The position numbers and the translations under genes were made by a program. From assembly GCA_964016885.1 (NCBI GenBank), contig OZ024743.1:262818001-262882000 (forward strand): a stretch of DNA of 64,000 bases, read 5' to 3'. Every line of letters begins with the position of its first letter. Within the stretch, counting starts at the first letter, position 1. Source of the DNA: Eledone cirrhosa (lineage: Eukaryota). The notes beneath the pieces are model-generated. The model did no database searches. It was given only the letters and a program-made list of their open reading frames with translations, and had not been told where the DNA came from. This document shows positions 13,261-26,982 of this stretch, one piece after another.

Positions 13261-13399
13261 AGAGAGCCTTAAACTTTTGTAAGGAAAAGGATATTGTTAA
13301 TCCACAGTGTATTATTGGTATATAAGATCTTGTAGTTTATTTGAATCTTCATTATTTATGTATGGAAATAATAAGTTAATGAAAGCTTCTTGTTATTCA

Positions 13400-16300
13400 T
13401 ATATACTACAATATTTACTACAATATATACTACAATATATACTACAATATATACTACAATATATTCTACAATATATACTACAATATTTACTACAATATAT
13501 ACTACAATATATACTACAATATATACTACAATATATACTACAATATATTCTACTGCAATATATACTACAATATATACTACAATATATACTACAATATATA
13601 CTACAATATTTACTACAATATATACTACAATATATACTACAATATATACTACAATATATACTACAATATATACTACAATATATTCTACTGCAATATATAC
13701 TACAATATATACTACAATATATTCTACTGCAATATATACTACAATATATACTACAATATATACTACAATATATACTACAATATATACTACAATATATACT
13801 ACAATATATACTACAATATATTCTACTGCAATATATACTACAATATATACTACAATATATACTACAATATTTACTATTGCAATATATACTACAATATATA
13901 CAACAATATATACTACAATATATTCTACTGCAATATTGTAGTATATATTGTAGTATATATTGTAGTATATATTGTAGTATATATTGCAGTATGTATTGTA
14001 GTATATATTGTAGTATTTATTGTAATATATATTGTAGTATATATTGCAATAGTAAATATTGTAGTATATATTGTAGTATGTATTGTAGTATATATTGTAG
14101 TATATATTGTAGTATATATTGCAATAGTAAATATTGTAATATATATTGTAGTATGTATTGTAGTATATATTGTAGTATATATTGTAGTATATATTGTAGT
14201 ATATATTGTAGTATGTATTGTAGTATATATTGTAGTATGTATTGTAGTATATATTGTAGTATATATTGTAGTATGTATTGTAGTATATATTGTAGTAGAA
14301 TATATTGTAGTATATATTGTAGTATATATTGTAGTATATATTGTAGTATATATTGTAGAATATATTGTAGTATATATTGTAGTATATATTGTAGTAGAAT
14401 ATATTGTAGTATATATGGTAGTATATATGGTAGTATATATTGTAGTATATATTGTAGTATATATTGTAGTATATATTGTAGTATATATTGTAGTATATAT
14501 TGTAGTATGTAATGTAGTATATATTGTAGTATATATTGTAGTATGTATTGTAGTATATATTGTAGTATATAATGCAATAGTAAATATTGTAGTATATATT
14601 GTAGTATATATTGTAGTAAATATTGTAGTATATATTGTAGTATATATTGTAGTATGTATTGTAGTATATATTGTAGTATATATTGCAATAGTAAATATTG
14701 TAATATATATTGTAGTATGTATTGTAGTATATATTGTAGTATATATTGTAGTATGTATTGTAGTATATATTGTAGTATGTATTGTAGTATATATTGTAGG
14801 ATATATTGTAGTATGTATTGTAGTATATATTGTAGTAGAATATATTGTAGTATATATTGTAGTATATATTGTAGAATATATTGTAGTATATATTGTAGTA
14901 TATATTGTAGTATATATTGTAGTATATATTGTAGTATATATTGTAGTATATATTGTAGTATGTATTGTAGTATATATTGTAGTATGTATTGTAGTATATA
15001 TTGCAGTAGAATATATTGTAGTATATATTGTAGTATATATTGTAGAATATATTGTAGTATATATTGTAGTATATATTGTAGTATATATTGTAGTATATAT
15101 TGTAGTATATATTGTAGTATATATTGTAGTATATATTGTAGTATATATTGTAGTATGTATTGTAGTATATATTGTAGTATGTATTGTAGTATATATTGCA
15201 GTAGAATATATTGTAGTATATATTGTAGTATATATTGTAGAATATATTGTAGTATATATTGTAGTATATATTGTAGTATATATTGTAGTATGTATTGTAG
15301 TATATATTGTAGTATATATTGTAGTATATATTGTAGTATATAATGCAATAGTAAATATTGTAGTATATATTGTAGTATATATTGTAGTAAATATTGTAGT
15401 ATATATTGTAGTATATATTGTAGTATGTATTGTAGTATATATTGTAGTATGTATTGTAGTATATATTGTAATATATATTGTAGTATATATTGCAGTATAT
15501 ATTGTAGTATATATTGTAGTATATATTGTAATATATATTGTAGTATATATTGTAGTATATAATGTAGTATATATTGTAGTATATATTGTAGTATATATTG
15601 TAGTATATATTGTAATATATATTGTAGTATGTATTGTAGTATATATTGTAGTATATATTGTAGTATATATTGTAGTATATATTGTAGTATGTATTGTAGT
15701 ATATATTGTAGTATATATTGTAGTATGTATTGTAGTATATATTGTAGTATGTATTGTAGTATGTATTGTAGTATATATTGTAGTATATATTGTAGTATAT
15801 ATTGTAATATATATTGTAGTATATATTGTAGTAGAATATATTGTAGTATATATTGTAGTATGTATTGTAGTAGTATATATTTTAGTATATATTGTAATAT
15901 ATATTGTAGTATATATTGTAGTATGTATTGTAGTATATATTGTAGTATATATTGCAGTAGAATTTATTGTAGTATATATTGTAGTATGTATTGTAGTATA
16001 TATTGTAATATATATTGTAGTATATATTGTAGTATGTATTGTAGTATATATTGTAGTATATATTGTAGTATATATTGTAGTATGTATTGTAGTATATATT
16101 GTAGTATGTATTGTAGTATATATTGTAGTATATATTGTAGTATATATTGTAGTATATATTGTAGTATGTATTGTAGTATATATTGTAGTATATATTGTAG
16201 TATGTATTGTAGTATATATTGTAGTATGTATTGTAGTATGTATTGTAGTATATATTGTAGTATATATTGTAGTATATATTGTAATATATATTGTAGTATA

Positions 16301-19300
16301 TATTGTAGTAGAATATATTGTAGTATATATTGTAGTATGTATTGTAGTAGTATATATTTTAGTATATATTGTAATATATATTGTAGTATATATTGTAGTA
16401 TGTATTGTAGTATATATTGTAGTATATATTGCAGTAGAATTTATTGTAGTATATATTGTAGTATGTATTGTAGTATATATTGTAATATATATTGTAGTAT
16501 ATATTGTAGTATATATTGTAGTATATATTGTAGTATATATTGTAGTATATATTGTAGTATATATTGTAGCATATATTGTAGTATATATTGTAGTATATAT
16601 TGTAGTATATGTTATGGTAAATATTGTAGTAGAATATATTGTAGTATATGTTGTAGTATATATTGTAGTATATATTGTAGTATATATTGTAGTATATATT
16701 GTAGTATATGTTGTAGTATATATTTTTGTATATATTGTAGTAGTATATATTGTAGTATATATTGTAGTATGTATTGTAGTATATATTGTAGTATATATTG
16801 TAGTATATATTGTAGTATATATTGTAGCAATTATTGTAATATATATTGTAGTATATATTGTAGTATATATTGTAGTAGAATATTGTAGTATATATTGTAG
16901 TATATATTGTAATATATATTGTAGTATATATTGTAGTATATATTGTAGTATATATAGTAGTATATATTGTAGTATATATTGTAATATATATTGTAGTATA
17001 TATTGTAGTATATATTGTAGTATATATTGTAGTAGTATATATTGTAGTATATATTGTAGTATGTATTGTAGTATATATTGTAGTATGTATTGTAGTATGT
17101 ATTGTAGTATATATTGTAGTATATATTGTAATATATATTGTAGTATATATTGTAGTAAATATTGTAGTATATATTGTAGTATATATTGTAGTAAATATTG
17201 TAGTATATATTGTAGTATATATTGTAGTATATATTGTAGTTTATATTGTAGTATGTATTGTAGTATATATTGTAGTATGTATTGTAGTATGTATTGTAGT
17301 ATATATTGTAGTATATATTGTAGTATATATTGTAGTATATATTGTAGTATATATTGTAATATATATTGTAGTATATATTGTAGTAAATATTGTAGTATAT
17401 ATTGTAGTATATATTGTAGTAAATATTGTAGTATATATTGTAGTATATATTGTAGTATATATTGTAGTATATATTGTAGTATGTATTGTAGTATATATTG
17501 TAGTATATATTGTAGTAGAATATATTGTAGTATATATTGTAGTATGTATTGTAGTATGTATTGTAGTATATATTGTAGTATATATTGTAGTATATATTGT
17601 AGTAGAATATATTGTAGTATATATTGTAGTATATATTGTAGAATATATTGTAGTATATATTGTAGTATATATTGTAGTATATATTGTAGTATATATTGTA
17701 GTATATATTGTAGTATATATTGTAGTATGTATTGTAGTATATATTGTAGTATGTATTGTAGTATATATTGCAGTAGAATATATTGTAGTATATATTGTAG
17801 TATATATTGTAGAATATATTGTAGTATATATTGTAGTATATATTGTAGTATATATTGTAGTATGTATTGTAGTATATATTGTAGTATATATTGTAGTATA
17901 TATTGTAGTATATATTGTAGTATGTATTGTAGTATATATTGTAGTATGTATTGTAGTATATATTGCAGTAGAATATATTGTAGTATATATTGTAGTATAT
18001 ATTGTAGAATATATTGTAGTATATATTGTAGTATATATTGTAGTATATATTGTAGTATGTATTGTAGTATATATTGTAGTATATATTGTAGTATATATTG
18101 TAGTATATAATGCAATAGTAAATATTGTAGTATATATTGTAGTATATATTGTAGTAAATATTGTAGTATATATTGTAGTATATATTGTAGTATGTATTGT
18201 AGTATATATTGTAGTATGTATTGTAGTATATATTGTAATATATATTGTAGTATTTATTGCAGTATATATTGTAGTATATATTGTAGTATATATTGTAATA
18301 TATATTGTAGTATATATTGTAGTATATAATGTAGTATATATTGTAGTATATATTGTAGTATATATTGTAATATATATTGTAGTATGTATTGTAGTATATA
18401 TTGTAGTATATATTGTAGTATATATTGTAGTATATATTGTAGTATGTATTGTAGTATATATTGTAGTATATATTGTAGTATGTATTGTAGTATATATTGT
18501 AGTATGTATTGTAGTATGTATTGTAGTATATATTGTAGTATATATTGTAGTATATATTGTAATATATATTGTAGTATATATTGTAGTAGAATATATTGTA
18601 GTATATATTGTAGTATGTATTGTAGTAGTATATATTTTAGTATATATTGTAATATATATTGTAGTATATATTGTAGTATGTATTGTAGTATATATTGTAG
18701 TATATATTGCAGTAGAATTTATTGTAGTATATATTGTAGTATGTATTGTAGTATATATTGTAATATATATTGTAGTATATATTGTAGTATGTATTGTAGT
18801 ATATATTGTAGTATATATTGTAGTATATATTGTAGTATGTATTGTAGTATATATTGTAGTATGTATTGTAGTATATATTGTAGTATATATTGTAGTATAT
18901 ATTGTAGTATATATTGTAGTATGTATTGTAGTATATATTGTAGTATATATTGTAGTATGTATTGTAGTATATATTGTAGTATGTATTGTAGTATGTATTG
19001 TAGTATATATTGTAGTATATATTGTAGTATATATTGTAATATATATTGTAGTATATATTGTAGTAGAATATATTGTAGTATATATTGTAGTATGTATTGT
19101 AGTAGTATATATTTTAGTATATATTGTAATATATATTGTAGTATATATTGTAGTATGTATTGTAGTATATATTGTAGTATATATTGCAGTAGAATTTATT
19201 GTAGTATATATTGTAGTATGTATTGTAGTATATATTGTAATATATATTGTAGTATATATTGTAGTATATATTGTAGTATATATTGTAGTATATATTGTAG

Positions 19301-22168
19301 TATATATTGTAGTATATATTGTAGCATATATTGTAGTATATATTGTAGTATATATTGTAGTATATGTTATGGTAAATATTGTAGTAGAATATATTGTAGT
19401 ATATGTTGTAGTATATATTGTAGTATATATTGTAGTATATATTGTAGTATATATTGTAGTATATATTGTAGTATATGTTGTAGTATATATTTTTGTATAT
19501 ATTGTAGTAGTATATATTGTAGTATATATTGTAGTATGTATTGTAGTATATATTGTAGTATATATTGTAGTATATATTGTAGTATATATTGTAGCAATTA
19601 TTGTAATATATATTGTAGTATATATTGTAGTATATATTGTAGTAGAATATTGTAGTATATATTGTAGTATATATTGTAATATATATTGTAGTATATATTG
19701 TAGTATATATTGTAGTATATATAGTAGTATATATTGTAGTATATATTGTAATATATATTGTAGTATATATTGTAGTATATATTGTAGTATATATTGTAGT
19801 AGTATATATTGTAGTATATATTGTAGTATGTATTGTAGTATATATTGTAGTATGTATTGTAGTATGTATTGTAGTATATATTGTAGTATATATTGTAATA
19901 TATATTGTAGTATATATTGTAGTAAATATTGTAGTATATATTGTAGTATATATTGTAGTAAATATTGTAGTATATATTGTAGTATATATTGTAGTTTATA
20001 TTGTAGTATGTATTGTAGTATATATTGTAGTATGTATTGTAGTATGTATTGTAGTATATATTGTAGTATATATTGTAGTATATATTGTAGTATATATTGT
20101 AGTATATATTGTAATATATATTGTAGTATATATTGTAGTAAATATTGTAGTATATATTGTAGTATATATTGTAGTAAATATTGTAGTATATATTGTAGTA
20201 TATATTGTAGTATATATTGTAGTATATATTGTAGTATGTATTGTAGTATATATTGTAGTATATATTGTAGTAGAATATATTGTAGTATATATTGTAGTAT
20301 GTATTGTAGTATGTATTGTAGTATATATTGTAGTATATATTGTAGTATGTATTGTAGTATATATTGTAGTATATATTGTAGTATGTATTGTAGTATATAT
20401 TGTAGTATATATTTTAGTATATATTGTAGTATATATTGTACTATATATTGTAGTATATATTGTAGTATATATTGTAGTATATATTGTAGTATATATTGTA
20501 GCATATATTGTAGTATATATTGTAGTATATGTTATGGTAAATATTGTAGTAGAATTTATTGTAGAATATATTGTAGTATATGTTGTAGTATATATTGTAG
20601 TATATATTGTAGTATATATTGTAGTATATATTGTAGTAGTACATATTGTAGTATATATTGTAGTATATATTGTAGTATATATTGTAGTATGTATTGTAGT
20701 ATATATTGCAGTAGAATATATTGTAGTATATATATTGTAGAATATATTGTAGTATATATTGTAGTATATATTGTAGTATATATTGTAGTAGAATATATTG
20801 TAGTATATATTGTAGTAGAATATATTGTAGTATATATTGCAATAGTAAATATTGTAGTATATATTGTAGTGTTTATTGTAGTATATATTGTAGTGTATAT
20901 GGAGGCACATGGCTTAGTGGTTAGAGCATTGGCCTTGCAATCGAAAGGTTGTGAGTTCAATTCTCAGACTGGGTGATGTGTTGATTCCTTGAGCAAGACA
21001 CTTTATTTCACATTGCTCCAGTTTACTCAGCTGTAGAAATGAGATGATAGAGACTGGGGTCTCTATCATTCCACTGCAAAGTGGTCGTGGAGGTGCCACG
21101 GCAAAAAACACCCAGCACTCACTGTAAATGAGGTTGGTGTTAGGAAGGGCATCCAACTGTAGAAATCAAGCCAGAATCAGTTCCCGTACTACCCTTGCAA
21201 GCAGGGAAAAGTGGACGTAAAATGATGATGATGATGATGATGATATTGTAGAATATATTGTAGTAAATATTGTAGTATATATTGCAATAGTAAATATTGT
21301 AGTATATATTGTAGTATATATTGTAGTATATATTGTATTAGAATATATTGTACTATATATTGCAATAGTATATATTGTAGTATATATTGTAGTATATATT
21401 ATAGTAAATATTGTAGTATATATTGTAGTATATATTGTAGTATGTATTGTAGTATATATTGCGATAGAATATATTGTAGTATATATTGTAGTAAATATTG
21501 TAATAATATATTTTGTAGTATATATTGTAGTAAATATTGTAATAATATATTTTGTAGTATATATTGTAGTATATATTGTAGTATATATTGAAGTATATAT
21601 TGTAGTATGTATTGTAATATATATTGTAGTATATATTGCAATAGTATATATTGCAGTAGAATATATTGTATGTATTTCAGTAGTATATATTGGAGTAGAA
21701 TATATTGTAGTATATATTGCAATAATATATATTGTAGTATATATTGCAGTAGAATATATTGTATATATTGCAGTAGAATATATTGTAGTATATATTGCAA
21801 TAATATATATTGTAGTATATATTGCAGTAGAATAGATTGTATATATTGCAGTAGAATATATTGTAGTATATATTGCAATAATATATATTGTAGTATATAT
21901 TGCAATAATATATATTGTAGTATATATTGCAGTAGAATATATTGTATATATTTCAGTAGAATATATTGTAGTATATATTGCAATAATATATATTGTAGTA
22001 TATATTGCAGTAGAATATATTGTAGTATATATTGCAGTAGAATATATTGTAGTATATATTGCAATAATATATATTGTAGTATATATTGCAGTAGAATATA
22101 TTGTAGTATATATTGCAGTAGAATATATTGTAGTATATATTGCAATAATATATATTGTAGTATATATT
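13400..22168. repeat. 12-bp satellite (TATATTGTAGTA)n, ~8.8 kb, with an inverted 5' block, higher-order duplications and a SINE insertion
   Basis: 13400-13934 is (TACTACAATATA)n and 13935 onward is its reverse complement. Generates all the YILQ / IYCS / IYTT / YIVV ORFs. Confidence 0.97.
20901..21244 (+). mobile_element. SINE family A (tRNA head + CORE-like body + RTE-like 3' tail ending (GAT)n) inserted in the satellite
   Basis: A box TGGCTTAGTGG (20910), B box GAGTTCAATTC (20953), CORE-like CCTTGAGCAAGACACTT...CAGCTGTAGAAATG, tail GTGGACGTAAAATGATGATG. Confidence 0.9.
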
Positions 22169-22189
22169 TGTATTCTGAGTTTAAATTTG

Positions 22190-22995
22190 TGAAAACAGCC
22201 CTGAGATACCTGAACTTCTCCACTTACTTCAGTGGAACTCCACTTACATGAAGGGTGCACTATGGAGGCTTACTTGAGATGACGAGTGTCTCAGTCTTCA
22301 CAACACTGATTTCCTTTCCTACCATTCAGCACTTGGCAGCAAATCTATTCAGTGTATGTCAGAGATCACGTTCCAATGAATTAAGTAGCACCATATTGTC
22401 TGCAAATTCCAGCCAATTGATCTAAGTTTTGATACCACTTCCAACCTGGCCACTCATGTCAATCTTATTTATGAAGATTATGAACAGAAGTGCCAATATG
22501 CAGCATTCAACACCTACTTTGAATGTTTTTGACTTAGCACCATTTATCGAAACAGTTGGTCATCAGAAGAAGGGAGGTAGATGTAAAAGTCAAGCTCATT
22601 ATCTGTAATTCAGTGTTCATGTCAACCCTTACTTATGGTCATGAATCTTGGGAAATAACCAAAAGAACATGATCACGAATACTAGTGGCTGAAATGGGGT
22701 CTTTAGAGTAACACTACTCTGTAGGATGCTTAACTTGGAGATCAGACAGTCACTCCAAGTAGAGCTGCTACTTCTCTGAATTGAGAAATTGCAGCTCTGA
22801 CACTATGGATATCTGGTTAGAATGTTTCAGGAAAGAATTGCTGAATAGATTTTATGGGTAAAACCAACTGGCAGGAGTCCCAGAGGTAGACCACGAGCAT
22901 GAGGGTTGGATAACATCTATGAGTTTGGCTGGTATGTATCCAGCTTGACCAATTGTTTCTGATAGGACTCTTGGGAAGGCATGTCTGAAGAAGCT
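22190..22995. mobile_element. RTE-type LINE copy with an inverted 5' part (22190-22555 minus; 22558-22995 plus)
   Basis: Minus part ends EKFRYLRAVF; plus part runs from VIRRREVDVKVKL through YGHESW and AEMG to GRSPRGRPR. Both are colinear with the copy at 59700-60420. Confidence 0.75.
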
Positions 22996-24124
22996 CCCTT
23001 CCTCCTCCTCCCCTACCACCACAACACTCACAAGAAGAAAAAGAAGAAAAATTAAAATTCTGTTGGGGTGAAATTTGCTTTTCATCCTTTTGAGGTCAAT
23101 AAATAAAGTACCAGTCTAGAGTGGTGGACTAGTGGAATAGTTAGAATGCCTGTCTGGCAGCATTAATTCCAGACTTTTATACACAAATCTTCGCATGTTG
23201 CATGGTCTAATAGCCATCATGGAAGGATTTGGAGCTCCACCATGTATATATAAGTTACATAGTTAACCATGGATAGCATTAAGCTTATCTCATAACTAAC
23301 TATGGATGTGTATATGATGTATATCAAACTATCCCTAGAACTGAATCTGCTGAGAACAGACGATATCTGATGATGGAGATGACAGCATCTTCTTATATAA
23401 CAGAAGTAGAAGAAGAAAAAAACAAGAATTGTCTAAAAATCTAAAAGATTCTCGATCAAAGTGATTTACACCAATAAATATTGATTTCTAAGATCACTCC
23501 CCACCACCCAAAAACAAAAGCAAAGGAAAAATAATAAAAACATGTTATAGACTTCAGGACATCAAAGAGTATACACAACGATACTGGTAATTTAATTTTA
23601 TGATGTTAAGTAAATGTAAGATAAAGTTCTTATAACATCTTATGTGACATATCTTAAATATACAACTAACCATATAGTGGATGTCATTAAATATAAACAG
23701 ATTTAAACATGATAGTTGTTGGGGTTGTGGCTGCTGTTTAGATCAGTTTAACTTTGGTTAAACACACCTGCAATCAGAAGCATACCAGCCATGACCATCT
23801 TGTCTTTTATTTCTTTATAACACCTTATGTTGTTAACTGCATAGGTTTAGCCGGCCTCGTGATAAGGTCACATCTCACAGAAGGTTTCTTGAGTGTTTTA
23901 ATGATAGGGACCTCAGTCTTATTATGTCATCATTTTTCTGGTGACTGGAAATGGGATTTAAACTCAGAATACACAGAGACAGAATAGATTTCCTAAGGTA
24001 TTCTGTCTGACACTCTAAAAATTCTGCCACTTCACCACTCTAGATTTATATCTTATTTATTGACTCCAAAAGGATTAAAGGCTGTTCTGACTGTGATAAA
24101 ATTTGAACTAAAAGTATAAAATAA

Positions 24125-25045
24125 TATATGACAAGGTCTATATGTATCTTCATTGGTAAATGTATCGAAAATATGGATATTAGATGTTCAATAAGAGGTA
24201 ACAGTGTATCCCAGAAAGTGTTCTTGGTGACAAAAACAAACTCAAGATACTCTGGGACTTCACTATCCAAATGAATTGCAGCCTTGAACACAATAGTCCT
24301 GATATTTTAGTTATGCTCAGAAATACTGACAATGCCAGACTATTGATGTTACCAATCTAGGAGACCACAATATATCCTTGAAATAAATTGAAAAAATAAC
24401 AAAATATACTGACTTGAAGATCAAAATTACATGAATATGATCAATACCACCTAACAACATCAAGATAATTGCAGTTGTCATCAGAGCTTTGATACCTAAA
24501 ACTGAGAGGGTATCTTAAGCAAATACTCTCAGGTCTTGAATAATCCCCTCCCCCCTGCTTATTAATTTTTCAAATTTTTTCCACCACCCCCACTTTTATT
24601 TCTGCCCCGCCCCGCCCTCACTTATTAAATTTTATTACAAGTGATTCATCTTGATACAGCAGCTAGAGAATCTAATAATTATTTTATTTTACATTAAAAA
24701 CATATGTATATATGACAAAAAAAGAACATTACAAGAAATCCCATATTTACGAATGTACACTATACAATTACCAATTACCCGCCCCCCTGCTTATAAGAAT
24801 TTAAGCAAATGTTCAACCTCCCTATCCCCCACTTATCCCCCCCCCCCATATTTGGGGCCCAAGAGTAGAGCTCAAATCACAAATTACTCTTCTACAAAAG
24901 ACTGCCCAGTTGGGTACTGCATATATATATTCAGGAAAGTATTATCTGTTTAAGGTCCTTGTAAGTCGATATACATTAGAATATCCAGTAGTTATCATAT
25001 TTACTGTGCAAATCATCACCACCAACAACAACAACAGCAACAACC
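24125..25045 (+). mobile_element. Third R4/Dong-like RLE 3' end, decayed, interrupted by a MITE
   Basis: DKVYMYLHW, ILWDFTIQ, SPDI, IDV, KYTDLK, QKTAQLGTA and RKVLSV* (same end as 2583-3768); (AAC)n tail. Confidence 0.8.
24526..24865. mobile_element. 340-bp Tc1/mariner-type MITE with TA duplication
   Basis: Ends TA|CTCTCAGGTCTTGAATA and TATTTGGGGCCCAAGAG|TA (diverged TIRs). Removing it restores the R4 frame LKQI-ELKSQITLLQKTAQLGTA. Confidence 0.75.
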
Positions 25046-25472
25046 CTTTTTTCATTGATTACATAATCAACATCCAGAAAAACGGTAAAATTAATCTAAA
25101 GCAGAATTCTTGTACTTGTCTTCAACCTACCGAACTGGTTAACACTGTCTAAGTGGAACCATCTATAAAATTCTGCATTGATTCACACAGGGAAAAAAAT
25201 ATATATACATAAAAAATCTACAAATAGCAAATAAAAAAAAGGAGAAAAAAATATTCTTTTGTGAACAAACACAAAATAAATAAATAAATTAATAGATAAA
25301 TAAGTAAATTTGGAATCTGACCAACATTTATCATATCTCAATGACCAGCAGTAAAAGAATGATTTGCTTGAAATAGTAGAAAAAACAGATTTCTAAGAGT
25401 GATAACCATGCTAGCAGAACTAAATCCAATATGGAAGATACAAAATAAATAAATAAATAAATAAACAAATAA

Positions 25473-25819
25473 ATCATCATCATCATCATCATTTAATTTT
25501 ACGTCCACTTTTCCCTGCTTGCAAGGGTGGGACGGGAACTGATTCTGGCTTGATTTCTACAGCTGGATGCCCTTCCTAACACCAACCTCATTTACAGTGA
25601 GTGCTGGGTGCGTTTTTGCCGTGGCACCTCCACGACCACTTTGCAGTGGAATAATAGGGACCCCAGTCCCTATCATCTCATTTCTACAGCTGAGTAAACT
25701 GGAGCAATGTGAAATAAAGTGTCTTGCTCAAGGAAACAGCACATCACCCGGTCTGAGAATTGAACTCACAACCTTTCGATTGCAAGGCCAATGCTCTAAC
25801 CACTAAGCCATGTGCCTCC
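25473..25819 (-). mobile_element. SINE family A, full length
   Basis: Near-identical reverse complement of 20901-21244; CAAATAAAT on both flanks (possible TSD). Confidence 0.9.
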
Positions 25820-26012
25820 AAATAAATATAATAAATAAAATAAGTTAAATTAATGGGTAGTTAAAATTAAATTATGGTTTAATGAGATGTATTTATCACA
25901 AGGTCGGTTCACAACCATTTGGTTTCAGATTCAGTCCCACTGGACAACTTCTACTATTGTCTTAAGTTAAACAATGTCATTTGCTAGATGGAAACTGATC
26001 AAAACCCTATTA

Positions 26013-26198
26013 TTGGATTGGCAGTATCGGTAGGGGGTCGGACACCATGCTTTGACGTATAGAGTTACGGTCCTTGCCATTTTGAGTTCAAATCCCGCCG
26101 AGGTTAACTTTACCTATCATCCTTACGGGGTCGATAAAATAATGTACCAGTAATGTACTGGGTAATTGCTGGCCTTGTGCCAAAAGTAGAAACAATTA

Positions 26199-26200
<2 letters not shown>
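26013..26200 (+). mobile_element. SINE family B
   Basis: GGATTGGCAGTATCGGTAG...GAGTTCAAATCCCGCCGAGGTTAAC...GGGGTCGATAAAATAA.GTACCAG...GTAGAAACAATTA. Confidence 0.85.
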
Positions 26201-26230
<30 letters not shown>

Positions 26231-26539
26231 AAACTTCAACATACATACACACGTTAAGATTTAATCATACACTCACACATATAAATCCACACGTCTCACG
26301 GACATATGCTAACACTGCCAAATACTTTACACACACAAAATAACTTCAATGCACACATACAGTACACACACTCAAACTTACATTCACTGACACATACAAG
26401 TCCACTACCACACACTACATGGATATATGCATAACACACACTAACTTTGATACTTTACACAATATACTTTAAAAAAACACACACATTTATACATACACAC
26501 ACACTCACACATAATATCGACACTAATACGCACACACTT

Positions 26540-26742
26540 CACTTGTGGTTTGTCTTCAATTTTTTTTTTTACTTGGACTACCTTTTATTTTCTGTATCTA
26601 TCCTTTGTGATCCTGTCTCTATTTTTGTACTCCTGAAGAAGGGCTAAAGCCCAACATGTCGAACTTTCTTCCCCTTTTTCCATATAAAGCATGAAACTAA
26701 TAAGACTTTTTGTACCTCTGTTTGTTGTTTCCTTGAACTATT

Positions 26743-26745
<3 letters not shown>
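26540..26745 (+). mobile_element. Penelope-like pLTR remnant with degenerate hammerhead motif
   Basis: CTGAAGA-A-GGGC-TAAA-GCCC-AACATGTC at 26633-26660 (GAAA eroded); downstream similar to 9200-9290. Confidence 0.6.
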
Positions 26746-26773
<28 letters not shown>

Positions 26774-26844
26774 ATATCATCATCATCATCATCGTTTAAC
26801 GTCCATCTTCCACGCTTGCATGGGTTTGGATATATATATATATG

Positions 26845-26907
<63 letters not shown>

Positions 26908-26982
26908 ATATGTATATATATATATGTATATATCATCATCATCATCATTGTTTAAAGTCCATCTTCCACGCTAGCATGGGAT

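Noticed and set aside
20901-20975. tRNA genes (also at 25750, 47185, 47390, 53075)
   Set aside because: A and B boxes are present but run directly into SINE bodies, with no complete cloverleaf acceptor stem.
13400-22168. CRISPR-like or telomeric array
   Set aside because: No unique spacers, no cas genes, eukaryotic context, and the unit is not a G-rich telomere repeat.
13307-22260. Very long ORFs (up to 1396 aa) of YILQ / IYCS / IYTT / YIVV repeats
   Set aside because: Translations of a 12-bp satellite that is stop-free in several frames on both strands; no coding evidence.
23380-23400. Additional CTGATGA boxes (also ~44225 on the minus strand)
   Set aside because: No correctly placed GAAA/NUH downstream, so not counted as hammerheads.
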